From Trichosphaerium sp. ATCC 40318 (Eukaryota > Protista > Tubulinea): 64,000 bases of DNA. The notes beneath the pieces are model-generated. The model was given only the letters and a program-made list of their open reading frames with translations, had not been told where the DNA came from and searched no databases. Of the stretch, positions 35,401-44,689 are shown in pieces (the first letter of the stretch is position 1; every line of letters begins with the position of its first letter). Made by a program: the position numbers and the translations under genes. Location of the stretch: assembly GCA_038496445.1 (NCBI GenBank), contig JALMLS010000577.1, forward strand, positions 496,001-560,000, written 5' to 3'.

Positions 35401-37781
35401 ACTGCTGAATGTTTTAGCATCCTTCAAATCTTTTAAGATGGATTGGGCTTCTCTTAGTTCGGTGGATCGAATGGCGTTAATCCTGTCATTGTCCATCCAA
35501 TTTCCTTTTGCTAGAATGAGTCCCTTTATAACGCCAGTTGGTTCATTGGAAAAGTTGGCAACTCTAATGCCTGTTTTGCCGCCTTGAACCATTACAACAG
35601 CACGTTCTACTGCTGTTCCAGACATATCTTTGAAGCGTTCACCAGCTTCAATTAACATGACTCCAGATGCTTGAGGCTGTCTAACACGAACAGGGACAAA
35701 GGTGTATGATCGTGGTTCCAGTACCACACTATGTGTAACTACCAGTGCTACGTTTGTGCCTTTCGGTAAGGATTGTATACACTTAGTTGATGTAGCTGGA
35801 TCATTGTTAAATATCAGTCGATAATTTGGTGCATCAATGGTTATTTTCATTGCTAAGATTGTATCCATGCCAATGAGGGGTTGGTCAAAGTCTTCGACAA
35901 CAATGAATCGAATCCAACAATGCTTGAACGTCCTATTTTAATTTGAAACGTTACAGTTCCCATTACTTTTAGTGGTTCATGACTCGCTCCTCGGAGTGTA
36001 GCTTTTGTAGGTTCTAGCTCTGTGACCTTCATTGATTTGAGCATTTTGAATGGAAAGATACTTCTGACAGCTCCTGAGTCAACAATTGTTTCTTTCGTCA
36101 AAGTAACATTTTCATTTCTGAAAGTTGTCATAGTTGTTAGTACTGCTGCTTTGTCGGCATTATTAGCAGACTTGATCATGTTCACTTGGTAGTCATATCC
36201 CTCATCATCATAGTCATCATAACCCCTTTCATCATCATAAACCTCATCATCATAATATTGATCTTCTCCATCATTTGTAATCATACGGATATATTGACCT
36301 TGTCGTCTATTGTTTCGGTTGAAACTTTGACCTTGGAATCGTTGATTTCGTCGGAAGTTATTTGGTCGTGCACGATAGTTGTCAAACTGTCCTCTCCTTT
36401 GGTTTGGACGGTACCTTTGATACCCGTTTGGGTGGTTTCGATTATATCCTCTATTCGGACATCTGCGTGCTATGTGTCCTGGTTGTCCACAACTATAACA
36501 TTGGATTGGCCTTTGGTTGTTGCGTTGTACAACTTGGATGGGTGCCGGGTCTGTGATTGGTATAGGTGCTGGAACTGGTGCCGGCTTAACCATGGCTTTC
36601 ATGACACTGATGTGAAACATGGCGATTTCGGAGGCTTTTTGAACAGTGGGTGGTCTTTGTAACAACACATATTGAGCCAGTTCTGCTGGAACTAGCTTAA
36701 TGCAAAATGCATCTCTTAAAGCAACTGGATCTGTCATGCGTGCTTCTCTTGCAGCATTGTTAAAACGGCCCATGAAGATACTAACATCTTCTCCCAGTTC
36801 CATCTTAAGAATGTTGAACTCATGCTTCTTGAGTACGGCATTCGCCTTTCGACCGTAACGCTCAAGTAAGGCTTTGATGATGATTGCGTGTGAGACGGTA
36901 GATATTCCAGAACCGTCAGCGGGTTTCACTGTTTCTAGTGCCTGGCCTATTATAAAGTTTCGAAGGACAATTTCATATTGTCTTTCTTCCCAGTCAGAAA
37001 ACTCAGAGATTGACTTCAGTTTATCCAACCAATCATCAATACTAATTTTGTCCACAACAAAGTCACCTGAAAAGGGTTTGATAGCTCCCTTTGGTACGGT
37101 CGGGTACTTAGGTGGTACAAAAATGGGGTTATTCGCTGCATCCACTGCAGGGTTCCCATTCTCAACTGCTTGAACTCTGGCTTTAAATGCCGGTGTATAC
37201 GCTTCAATTGCGTCATCAATATTGTTTAATTCTTCTAACATCTTAACTCAATTTCTTTCTCTTACTATCTTCTCTCTTTTACTCTTTCTCTCTTACTCTC
37301 TCTCTTACTCTCTCACTCTTACTCTCTCTCTCACTCTCTCTAATCTCTCCACGGACACTACAAAAATCCGGACTTAACAATACAAGGACGTACTTAAATT
37401 GACAATTAGTTTGCAGGTAAAAATTCTGGCCGTGTCGCCAAATGTTATGCTGCAGAATAAAGTCAAAGCGTATTTATTTAGATTTACAGGAGTTACAAAA
37501 GGTACATATATATTTTATTTATTGTGGGATGCGTTTCTCTGAAATACTATTTGTTGAATAGTATTTACATGAAACACGTTCATAACAAATTCTATTTGAC
37601 GAGCAAACACTTATCCGAAGTCAAAAACCACCACGTGATTAACTTGGGGGTTTTTTGTTCTTTTCATACCTTCAATATTTGGCCCAAACCCTGTTACGTT
37701 GACAGTAGATACGTTTTGCGTAAAACCGCAGTCAAGCACTGTAAGAAGTATAATAATAGTCAGAGCACGTGATAGTGTCAT
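29459..37781 (-). CDS. Secreted SMP-30/gluconolactonase/LRE-like beta-propeller with PT stalk and hydrophobic tail; intron 1 contains the retrotransposon
   Basis: Exon 1 (37781-37670, MTLSRALTIIILLTVLDCG...GPNIE) splices GT(37669)..AG(30672) to G-ACFDADGNFY. Later motifs PNDLA, NGIEVDP, IDGMRTDVMGNLY and PTNLAFGGSDG. Confidence 0.88.
30700..30844 (-). repeat. 3' LTR (145 bp)
   Basis: Identical by eye to 37443-37587; preceded on the minus strand by the polypurine tract at 30845-30853. Confidence 0.97.
30867..31598 (-). CDS. Retrotransposon ORF3, acidic protein of unknown function (not env-like)
   Basis: Intact ORF (frame open from 31619, first ATG 31598) between the pol stop and the PPT; D/E-rich, no signal peptide or TM segment. 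Confidence 0.75.
   Translation of the reverse strand: MERMHQVEIEGITNKLAGTKSHEIIPEDHTPGHLTHATTTRLHEVLQNMIQDLELGRREAEAISAFISTAPRLLEIVQSLQSRQTSLLRRQYLISRMREQLPQNQPDQLQNDPMDVSEQLADPLTVYYGDDEIQVDQTYPDHSHYQFDEDGRLLDTSINNDKVSQVPCLTMSCYDEPDEPKEPENENPALPEPLEMEHDDGTISVDFAKAYETEQLSPKYELIESSDEEDVTPYDDDYFCALD
31852..35936 (-). CDS. pol: Pol: protease C-terminal half, RT, RNase H, integrase, long C-terminal extension
   Basis: FIVVEDFDQPLIGMD; SPWSFPVV, RFCVDYRKLN, YIDD; YTDAS...GAVL; HHCC zinc finger; DIVGP, TDRGSQF, GQVER; GPY motif. Frame is open upstream of the 35868 Met to a TAA near 35939. Confidence 0.95.
35853..37241 (-). CDS. gag: Gag with CCHC zinc knuckle fused to the N-terminal half of the aspartic protease
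   Basis: CYSCGQPGHIARRC, R/N/Q-rich nucleocapsid region, IVDSGA active site. Confidence 0.93.
   Translation of the reverse strand: MLEELNNIDDAIEAYTPAFKARVQAVENGNPAVDAANNPIFVPPKYPTVPKGAIKPFSGDFVVDKISIDDWLDKLKSISEFSDWEERQYEIVLRNFIIGQALETVKPADGSGISTVSHAIIIKALLERYGRKANAVLKKHEFNILKMELGEDVSIFMGRFNNAAREARMTDPVALRDAFCIKLVPAELAQYVLLQRPPTVQKASEIAMFHISVMKAMVKPAPVPAPIPITDPAPIQVVQRNNQRPIQCYSCGQPGHIARRCPNRGYNRNHPNGYQRYRPNQRRGQFDNYRARPNNFRRNQRFQGQSFNRNNRRQGQYIRMITNDGEDQYYDDEVYDDERGYDDYDDEGYDYQVNMIKSANNADKAAVLTTMTTFRNENVTLTKETIVDSGAVRSIFPFKMLKSMKVTELEPTKATLRGASHEPLKVMGTVTFQIKIGRSSIVGFDSLLSKTLTNPSLAWIQS
37250..37350 (-). repeat. Purine-rich (GA)n/GAGTAA low-complexity leader of the retrotransposon
   Basis: Plus strand shows repeated ctctctcttact units between the PBS and the gag ATG. 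Confidence 0.8.
37443..37587 (-). repeat. 5' LTR (145 bp), followed by the primer-binding site at 37426-37440
   Basis: Identical to 30700-30844. PBS is complementary to a tRNA 3' end ...CCGUGUCGCCA. Confidence 0.97.
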
Positions 37782-39022
37782 AGTGGTGAGCTTGTTGTTG
37801 TAATGTTCTTTTTTGACTAAGGTAAAAAACATGTGCACTAATGTTTGTATCACAATTAGGAGCACTAAAAGATTGCTACAATAAAAACCCATAATACTTC
37901 TAATAATAAGAGTAGATAGACAAGCACCACAAGTACCCTCGCCACCCAAAAGTGTCCCACAAACAACAAAAATTTTTTCAAAAAAAGCTGGACTTTTTTG
38001 GTTACCAAGGTTCTCCAGCATAAGTAAGAGCTTCGAAAGAGATCAGTTACTACTGTTGGCTCACCTAGCATTGCCAAAGTTTCGTGCTCAACAAAGGTTC
38101 TAGAATACAAATACAATAACAACGCCCAAACATTTCCCCAGCAACCCAAAATTCTCTATGTATAAACCTTCTCCTCATTTCTACACTTTTGTCCCTCGCG
38201 CAGGTTATAAGCTACAAGTTTTTTCTATTTAGTATTAGCAGGTGGCTTTATATGGTGTACACCACCTAATATCTGGAACAATAAGCACCTCCACTAGGAT
38301 GCGACATGAACGATACACTACAATTTTACAATGAAGCGATTTGCAAAAGCACCGTTTAGTACCATCCACTTGCATTTGTTCAACAGTTCATGTACTTGTA
38401 AATTGTTTTGTAGATAAATCTATAGGCTGTATAGTGTATAGGGGTAAATGTGCTTATACCGCCGTACTGGTGATTATCGATTGTGAAATCACGTGACAGA
38501 TTTGCAACCTGAGTTTTTTACATACAGATTAAACACTGTCTATAATCCAAATGCTCCTATTAACAATATACGGTTCGCTATCGGCATTATATATTTCGTA
38601 TAACAGAGTAGCATTGTATTTAGATTTTGAGCGACAATATTGCACTTGTTTTTCTATTTATATTGCTTTATTATGTTATTGATGAATGAGTGTGTTACGT
38701 GTCCTTATGTACCTCTAAATAATTCAAGGTCTTTCACATCATTTATTCTATGAATTTGATTGTAAGTCTACCTAATATTGCCATTTCCATACGATATTTA
38801 GTTTGTTTTTGCTTTTTTGTCTATTTACATTTGCAGAAAAGGTTGCTGTTCATGTTGTATTCTTTTATTGTAGGTTCATCAACAACTTCTAAAACAAACT
38901 TGAAGGATTGTGAACTTAACAATTAACTGAAAACAATCCGAACTTATCGTCATGCTTCGTTTTCCTAAAAAATTACAGAGTTCGCAACACGTGTTGCTAT
39001 ACGACATATTTATTCTGAAATT

Positions 39023-40612
39023 ATGTCAACAAACTCAAAAACTGACATACAGAGGTACTGTAACGCTTTATTATACTGTTTTAGCTTCTCCTTACATACC
39101 GTTAGTGAGCAAACAAGCATTTTGGAGTTACCATCAGAGATTTTGGCTTATATACTACGACAAACGACCAAAGCACGTTTTGCGGCTTGTCAAACATGTC
39201 ATCGGCTTGCTTCAATTATTCACAGTGTTATTGGATACGAAACTGTTTTAATTCGTAGCGTTGACCAAGTCAAAGCGCTAGTACGCACATGTGCTCTACA
39301 ACACACCAAGATTAAAATCCGCGGCGAGGATTCTTGTGATATTGTCAAAGAATTGTCCAGTGTCCATAATATTGACTTGTTCAAAACTGTAGTAACAGAT
39401 GAAGGCTTACAAGCAATATCAGGTGTCCATACCATTAACCTTGGAAGGGCCAACGGGTTCACAGCAAGAGGAATCAAAGCGTTGTTAGGTGTCCATAGTA
39501 TCAACTTGTGCAGGACTTCAGTAACAGATGAATATGTACAAGCTCTTTCTGGTGTCCACACTATTGATCTTAGTTTCTCCCGATTCATCTCAGACAAGAG
39601 TATCAAAGTACTTGCAGGCGTTCACACTATTAACCTTGAGTACTGTACTGGACCCACAGATGAGGGCATTAAGGCACTTTCTGGTGTTTATTCAATTAAC
39701 CTTTCTGGCACTAAAGTTACAGATGAAGGCGTCAAAGCACTCAAAGGCGTTCATACTATTAACCTTGAATACTGTAACATTACAGATGAAGGAGTCAAAT
39801 CACTGTCGGGTGTACACACCATTAACTTGGCCAACACTTCGGTAACAGATGAAAGCCTACACGCTCTTTCAGGTGTTCATACCATTAAGCTTGATAGCTG
39901 TAAAGGTATCACTGATAAAGGAATCAAATCACTCTCAGGTGTACATAGTATACAACTCTATAGCACCTCAGTAACTGATGAAGGTTTACAAGAGCTCTCA
40001 GGTGTTCATACCATTAAGCTTGATAGCTGTAAAGGTGTCACTGATGAAGGTATCAAAACGCTTTCGGGTGTTCATAACATTCAGTTGTACAATACTTCGG
40101 TAACAGATGAAGGCCTACAGGCACTTTGTGGTGTTCACACTATTGACCTTGGTTACTGTAGAGGTATCACTGATAAAGGCATCAAAACGCTTTCTGGTGT
40201 CCATACTATCAACTTGGAAAAGACTTCTGTTACTGACAAAGGCTTACAAGCACTTTCTGGTGTCCACCAAATTAACCTTGAAGATTGTAAACGTATCACA
40301 GATAGAGGGATCAAGTCGCTATCAGGTGTTCATACCATTAGCTTGGCTTTTACGTTAGTGACTGATGAAGGTGTACAAGCTCTTTCTGGCGCTCATACAA
40401 TCAATCTCTTTACTTGTAAACGCATAACTGACAAGAGTCTACAAGCACTTTCTGGTGTCTTCGCACTTAACCTCGCTTTCTGTAGAAAAATAACTGATGA
40501 AGGCATCAAATCTCTTACAAGTGTTCGCAAAATATACCTTAAACATACCTCAGTTACAGATAAAGGTATTAATGAATATCTGGGTAAGTGTCGAATAATG
40601 GACAGGATATAG
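39023..40612 (+). CDS. F-box + leucine-rich repeat protein (about 19-20 repeats of 21/22 aa)
   Basis: SILELPSEILAYIL...ACQTCHRL is an F-box; repeats SGVHTINLxxTSVTDEGLQAL / SGVHTIxLxxCKGITDKGIKSL. Probable 51-nt in-frame intron at 39055-39105. Confidence 0.92.
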   Translation: MSTNSKTDIQRYCNALLYCFSFSLHTVSEQTSILELPSEILAYILRQTTKARFAACQTCHRLASIIHSVIGYETVLIRSVDQVKALVRTCALQHTKIKIRGEDSCDIVKELSSVHNIDLFKTVVTDEGLQAISGVHTINLGRANGFTARGIKALLGVHSINLCRTSVTDEYVQALSGVHTIDLSFSRFISDKSIKVLAGVHTINLEYCTGPTDEGIKALSGVYSINLSGTKVTDEGVKALKGVHTINLEYCNITDEGVKSLSGVHTINLANTSVTDESLHALSGVHTIKLDSCKGITDKGIKSLSGVHSIQLYSTSVTDEGLQELSGVHTIKLDSCKGVTDEGIKTLSGVHNIQLYNTSVTDEGLQALCGVHTIDLGYCRGITDKGIKTLSGVHTINLEKTSVTDKGLQALSGVHQINLEDCKRITDRGIKSLSGVHTISLAFTLVTDEGVQALSGAHTINLFTCKRITDKSLQALSGVFALNLAFCRKITDEGIKSLTSVRKIYLKHTSVTDKGINEYLGKCRIMDRI

Positions 40613-41385
40613 CCTAATGATTGTGAACAACTTGCTACTATAAACACCTGAAAATAAACATAATTCAATGAACTAGTTGACCAAAAATTTTGTTGACACC
40701 AGATTTTTGATTAATGGCCTTACATCATAAAAGCAACTTGGCAACCATAGAGAAAAATATTTGTATCTTCTAAAGGATTGATTTTAGTCATGTACTTTAC
40801 TCACCAATTTCCATATTAAACAAGTCATCCTACTATAAAGTCAGGCTTAAGTCTTGTTGCCACGCAGCTAAAGGTAGTACCTCATAACGTTACAAAAAAG
40901 ATTCATGTATGAGATGGCTGTGGTCATGCGAACCATTGGTTATATCTAAAATGAAGGTGAGCTTGAAAACAAGTTCTAACATTAAGCTGTAAACAGTTTT
41001 TTTCACGTATATCATAGGTGCATACGTAATGTATGTTGAGCAATTTCACGTGTACATTACCCAAAAAGAACCTGCTTACAATTGTTATTCAAGGAAACAA
41101 TTTAATCGTACAACATTAATAGCCTTTAGTTGGGAAAAATGAGGGAGTGAACTACAATGGTGTAGGAGCACTGAACCCAAGTTGTCGTCATCTTATGTCA
41201 CGTGGAAATGCCCAGTTACTAAAAGAAAGTAGAACAGCAGCTAACAATTCATATACTGGGTTATCATTGGCAAGAGTGATCTGCGAACTCTTTCATTAGG
41301 TGCGGGCTTCATTTGTTGTTCAAAAATTTTGGGCCACTTTACATGTTTGACTAATTGGCGTATCCGCAATAATAAAGGTGTAAAG

Positions 41386-41530
41386 GGTGCAGTTTCACTG
41401 AATGCATCACCATGGACAATAATGTAGAGCAATAAGATTTATACACTATGGCTAACTATGGACAGTTCGAACGACAGGGCGTGATACGTCTGATGATGGG
41501 CAAAATCCTCACCAAAATGTTCCACTATAG
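41386..41530. repeat. Dispersed ~140-bp repeat, copy 2
   Basis: Homologous to 23542-23682 with small indels. Confidence 0.75.
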
Positions 41531-41752
41531 AGGTGTAAGCCATTGCTGCAAACAACATTAAGCCTTGAAAGCACGGACAATAAGTACACCTGGCAACTAA
41601 GAAGTGCATCAAAGAGTGTCCAAGCGTGGTTTGTAAATAATTACGTTAGTTGGTAAAAAGCACGTTACCAATCCCGGGTAAATTACCACCTCTGACTTAA
41701 AGCTCCACAAAGTAAGTTCATCAAACAATTATTTTTAAACCAACAACAGCAA

Positions 41753-42160
41753 ATGGAAATGAATGATATTACCTTCGGAGTAATCACGGGAGCCTTAACA
41801 ATTCTAGGGCTACGCTTTTTTTCACCTAAGCTTGAACGTAACCTCTGGGGTATTTCCTTAATCGTAGCAGCAATAATCTATGTTGTTTTCTGGTTTTTTG
41901 ACCCGATTACATCTTGGATCTTTGTTGAAATGACAGGAGTATGTATTTACGGTGCTATCGCTCTTATTGGTATGAAGCTCAAGATGAGACCTATCATTGG
42001 AGTTGGATGGATGTTGCATGTTGCTTGGGACATGTTGTTGCATCCTAATGGACATCCTGGATACGTACCTGCATGGTATCCTGTTTCGTGTTTATCATAT
42101 GACCTTATTGTTGGTGCCTACTTGGTTGTGTGGCCAGAAAGATCTCAGAAGAAACTATGA
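41753..42160 (+). CDS. Intronless small multi-TM protein resembling the bacterial DUF6010 family
   Basis: Hydrophobic helices plus the motif GWMLHVAWDMLLH...GYVPAWYPVSCLSYD; paralogue at 62715-63116. Confidence 0.75.
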   Translation: MEMNDITFGVITGALTILGLRFFSPKLERNLWGISLIVAAIIYVVFWFFDPITSWIFVEMTGVCIYGAIALIGMKLKMRPIIGVGWMLHVAWDMLLHPNGHPGYVPAWYPVSCLSYDLIVGAYLVVWPERSQKKL

Positions 42161-42518
42161 CTACCATCACTATTTAAGACTTGACGTCTTTTTTAAACCT
42201 TTTCCGTTGAGTAGCGTAGCCAGTAGTTCAAATAAATAGCAGCATTATTGATTCAAGTTATTAATTGTTGTATCAAAATACCGTCTGTACAGCGATAATA
42301 TCACGTGCTCATACTAGTCTTACGCACATCGTGACTGTAAATGGTTGAGGGCAACCACTCTTTCGAAGAGGACTGTTAGGTTGTAGAACGACAAGAAAAT
42401 AGACTCTTTTCATGTTCTATGGTACTTGTTCAGTAGAATAATAAAAAATTCGACAAGCGAGTATGGAGTTTGTACAGTGATTTATTTCTTATTTACATGT
42501 GAAAAACAGTGAAGCATA

Positions 42519-44474
42519 TTAACAAATAGAACACTTCTTCTCAGCAGGTTGAGTTTGTGTACCCCGCTTAGGGCGAGCACGCTGGTTTTGGCGTGCCCTA
42601 GAACTATTTTCCTGATTCCTAGCACGTGATCTCGTATTCCCATTACGTGCTCTTTCCTCTTCTTTATTAAGTTCATAATGAAGAGCAAGAGCAACTTGTT
42701 CATCAGACACAGCCCTAAACATACATTTAATCAACACAAAGAAGACAAGTTCGAGATGGTTACAATACATATAATGTTGGAAGACGTACAAAGGCGATAC
42801 AGGCAAGACTGTCGCTGGAGCATCTGAATGACCAGTAGGGTTCTTTTTCTTGTTTTGGATGTTGGCTAACATTCTCTTTTGTTGTTCTATCGCTTCTTGA
42901 GAAGCATTCAAAGGGTTTACTGTATCCTAAAAACCAGTAATTAATAAGAATAAATAAACATGAATTGTAGTTAGTACAGGATTAGGTGTTTGTTGAGAAG
43001 GTAACTTAAAAGACGAGTTAAGCAATTCTGTGTCTCCATCTATGCCATCAAGCTTCTCCCATACAACTGAACGAGTCTTTAGGTATCCTTGATCAGTAAC
43101 AAGTATATATAACTCATTATCGTTCTTTAGAAGTGTGTTGAAATGATTGTTTCTGAAGAAAACACACATTTGGTTATCTTTCATTTCTTCGTGAAGTTTG
43201 ACTATTCCATGGTAACTCAGTTGTGTTGCATTTGACTCTAAGAACTGTTGTATTTTTAATGCAGTTAGTGTAATTTCTTTCTGTTCGTCAGTCAAGTCTT
43301 GGACAGCTTCAATAGGAGCCACAGGCGTAGTATCAGTATCTCCATCGCTGGTTTCTTTCTTTTCTTCATTATCACCTTTTTCTTCATTTTTTCCTTCTTC
43401 ACCGTCTTGGTCAGTTTGTACGTCTTCTTTTCGTTCAGATTCATCACCATCTCTTTTTTCTTCGTTATCACTCTTTTCTTTGTCTTTTTCTTCACCATCT
43501 TGTTCAGCTTGTGGCTCTTCTTTTTGTTCTGATTCATCCTGACCATGATTAGAAATATGTTATTTAGTTTCACAATACATACTTTATCATCAGAATCAGT
43601 ATCTTTAGAGCCACCATGCTTATCATCAAAAGTGATTAAGTCCTCTTGCAGTTTTTCAGAGTTTTTAGATCCTTCTTCGTCCACTACTTGTTCTGACGCT
43701 TCGTCATTTCCTTCTTCCTTTTTAGTCTCTTTAACGTCTTTTGATTGTTTTCTGTCCATTTCAATTGTAGCTGCTTCAACTAGAATCTCTTGCATCTTGT
43801 TGTACGATAGAGACTCGATATATGGCGCATCAGGTGATTCTGGATCAGGAAGCCATCCCTGAAGGATTCATCAGTTAAATCAAATATCAGGCCGCTCTAC
43901 AACTTACGTGACACATACGTATATGCACTAAATCGAGAATAACGCACTCCTTGGTGAATTCAAAGTCAAAAACAGATTTAAATTTGACATTTACATCAAC
44001 GCCAATTGAGAGCTATATGTGGGTTAATTTTAATGGTTTGTCAGTATAACGCGACCTGTGGAAACGCTGCGACAGCGTCATCAACATTTTTGTGGTAATT
44101 CTCTTCCATCACCGGAGAAAGCTATATTACGTTATTAAACGCTGTAATTACGCATGTGGTTGCCTTTGGCTTAGAGTTAATCATGTATTCAACAATAAGT
44201 GACTTTAACGTTTCAGCATCTATCTGGGAATAGTCTGAATGTATTGTAATATCACGTCGTAACAGTAGAATATTAGCTAATCAAAGGCAGTTAGTAGGTT
44301 TACTCAAAACAATTTTAATACCTATTGCAAGCAGCGGGCACGGTCCGTTCTCATTCTGCATACATATTGAAACCCTGTCTCTTTAGAGAAAAGAGTAAAT
44401 TACAGTTTTTTGTTATTGGCTCTGTACCCGAAAAACTTTATCTTCTTTACGTGGTAGAATATAGTTTCAGCCAT
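42519..44474 (-). CDS. MINDY-1/2 family deubiquitinase (multi-exon) with CaaX-like end
   Basis: QNENGPCPLLAI (catalytic Cys), GVDVNVKF, FFRNNHFNTL (catalytic His), YILVTDQGYL, SDEQVALAL (MIU-like), ends KKCSIC. Confidence 0.93.
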
Positions 44475-44689
44475 ATTACGTAATATACAAGCCAACTGAT
44501 TTTTACTGTTTGCGAATTTTCCTAAAAATTCAATTGGTTAAGCGAGGCTAAGCGAGATTGTCTGTTGTATGAGCTAAGTGCAAGAGTTTTCAAACAAGAT
44601 TCCGGTTTGGTTGTGGGTAGTAAGGTAGGTACATTTTATTTACATCAATTCGATACAATACATGTGACGTGCAAGTCATCTGTGACTAT

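Larger units (their letters stand above)
30700..37587 (-). mobile_element. Full-length Ty3/Gypsy LTR retrotransposon (6888 bp)
   Basis: Identical 145-bp LTRs with TGTTATG...CATAACA ends; 5-bp TSD AATTC (30695-30699, 37588-37592); PBS TGGCGACACGGCCAG; PPT AGGGAGGAA; domain order gag-PR-RT-RH-IN. Confidence 0.98.

Noticed and set aside
32192-37173. Plus-strand ORFs inside gag/pol as antisense genes
   Set aside because: Typical antisense shadows of long ORFs, with no motifs.
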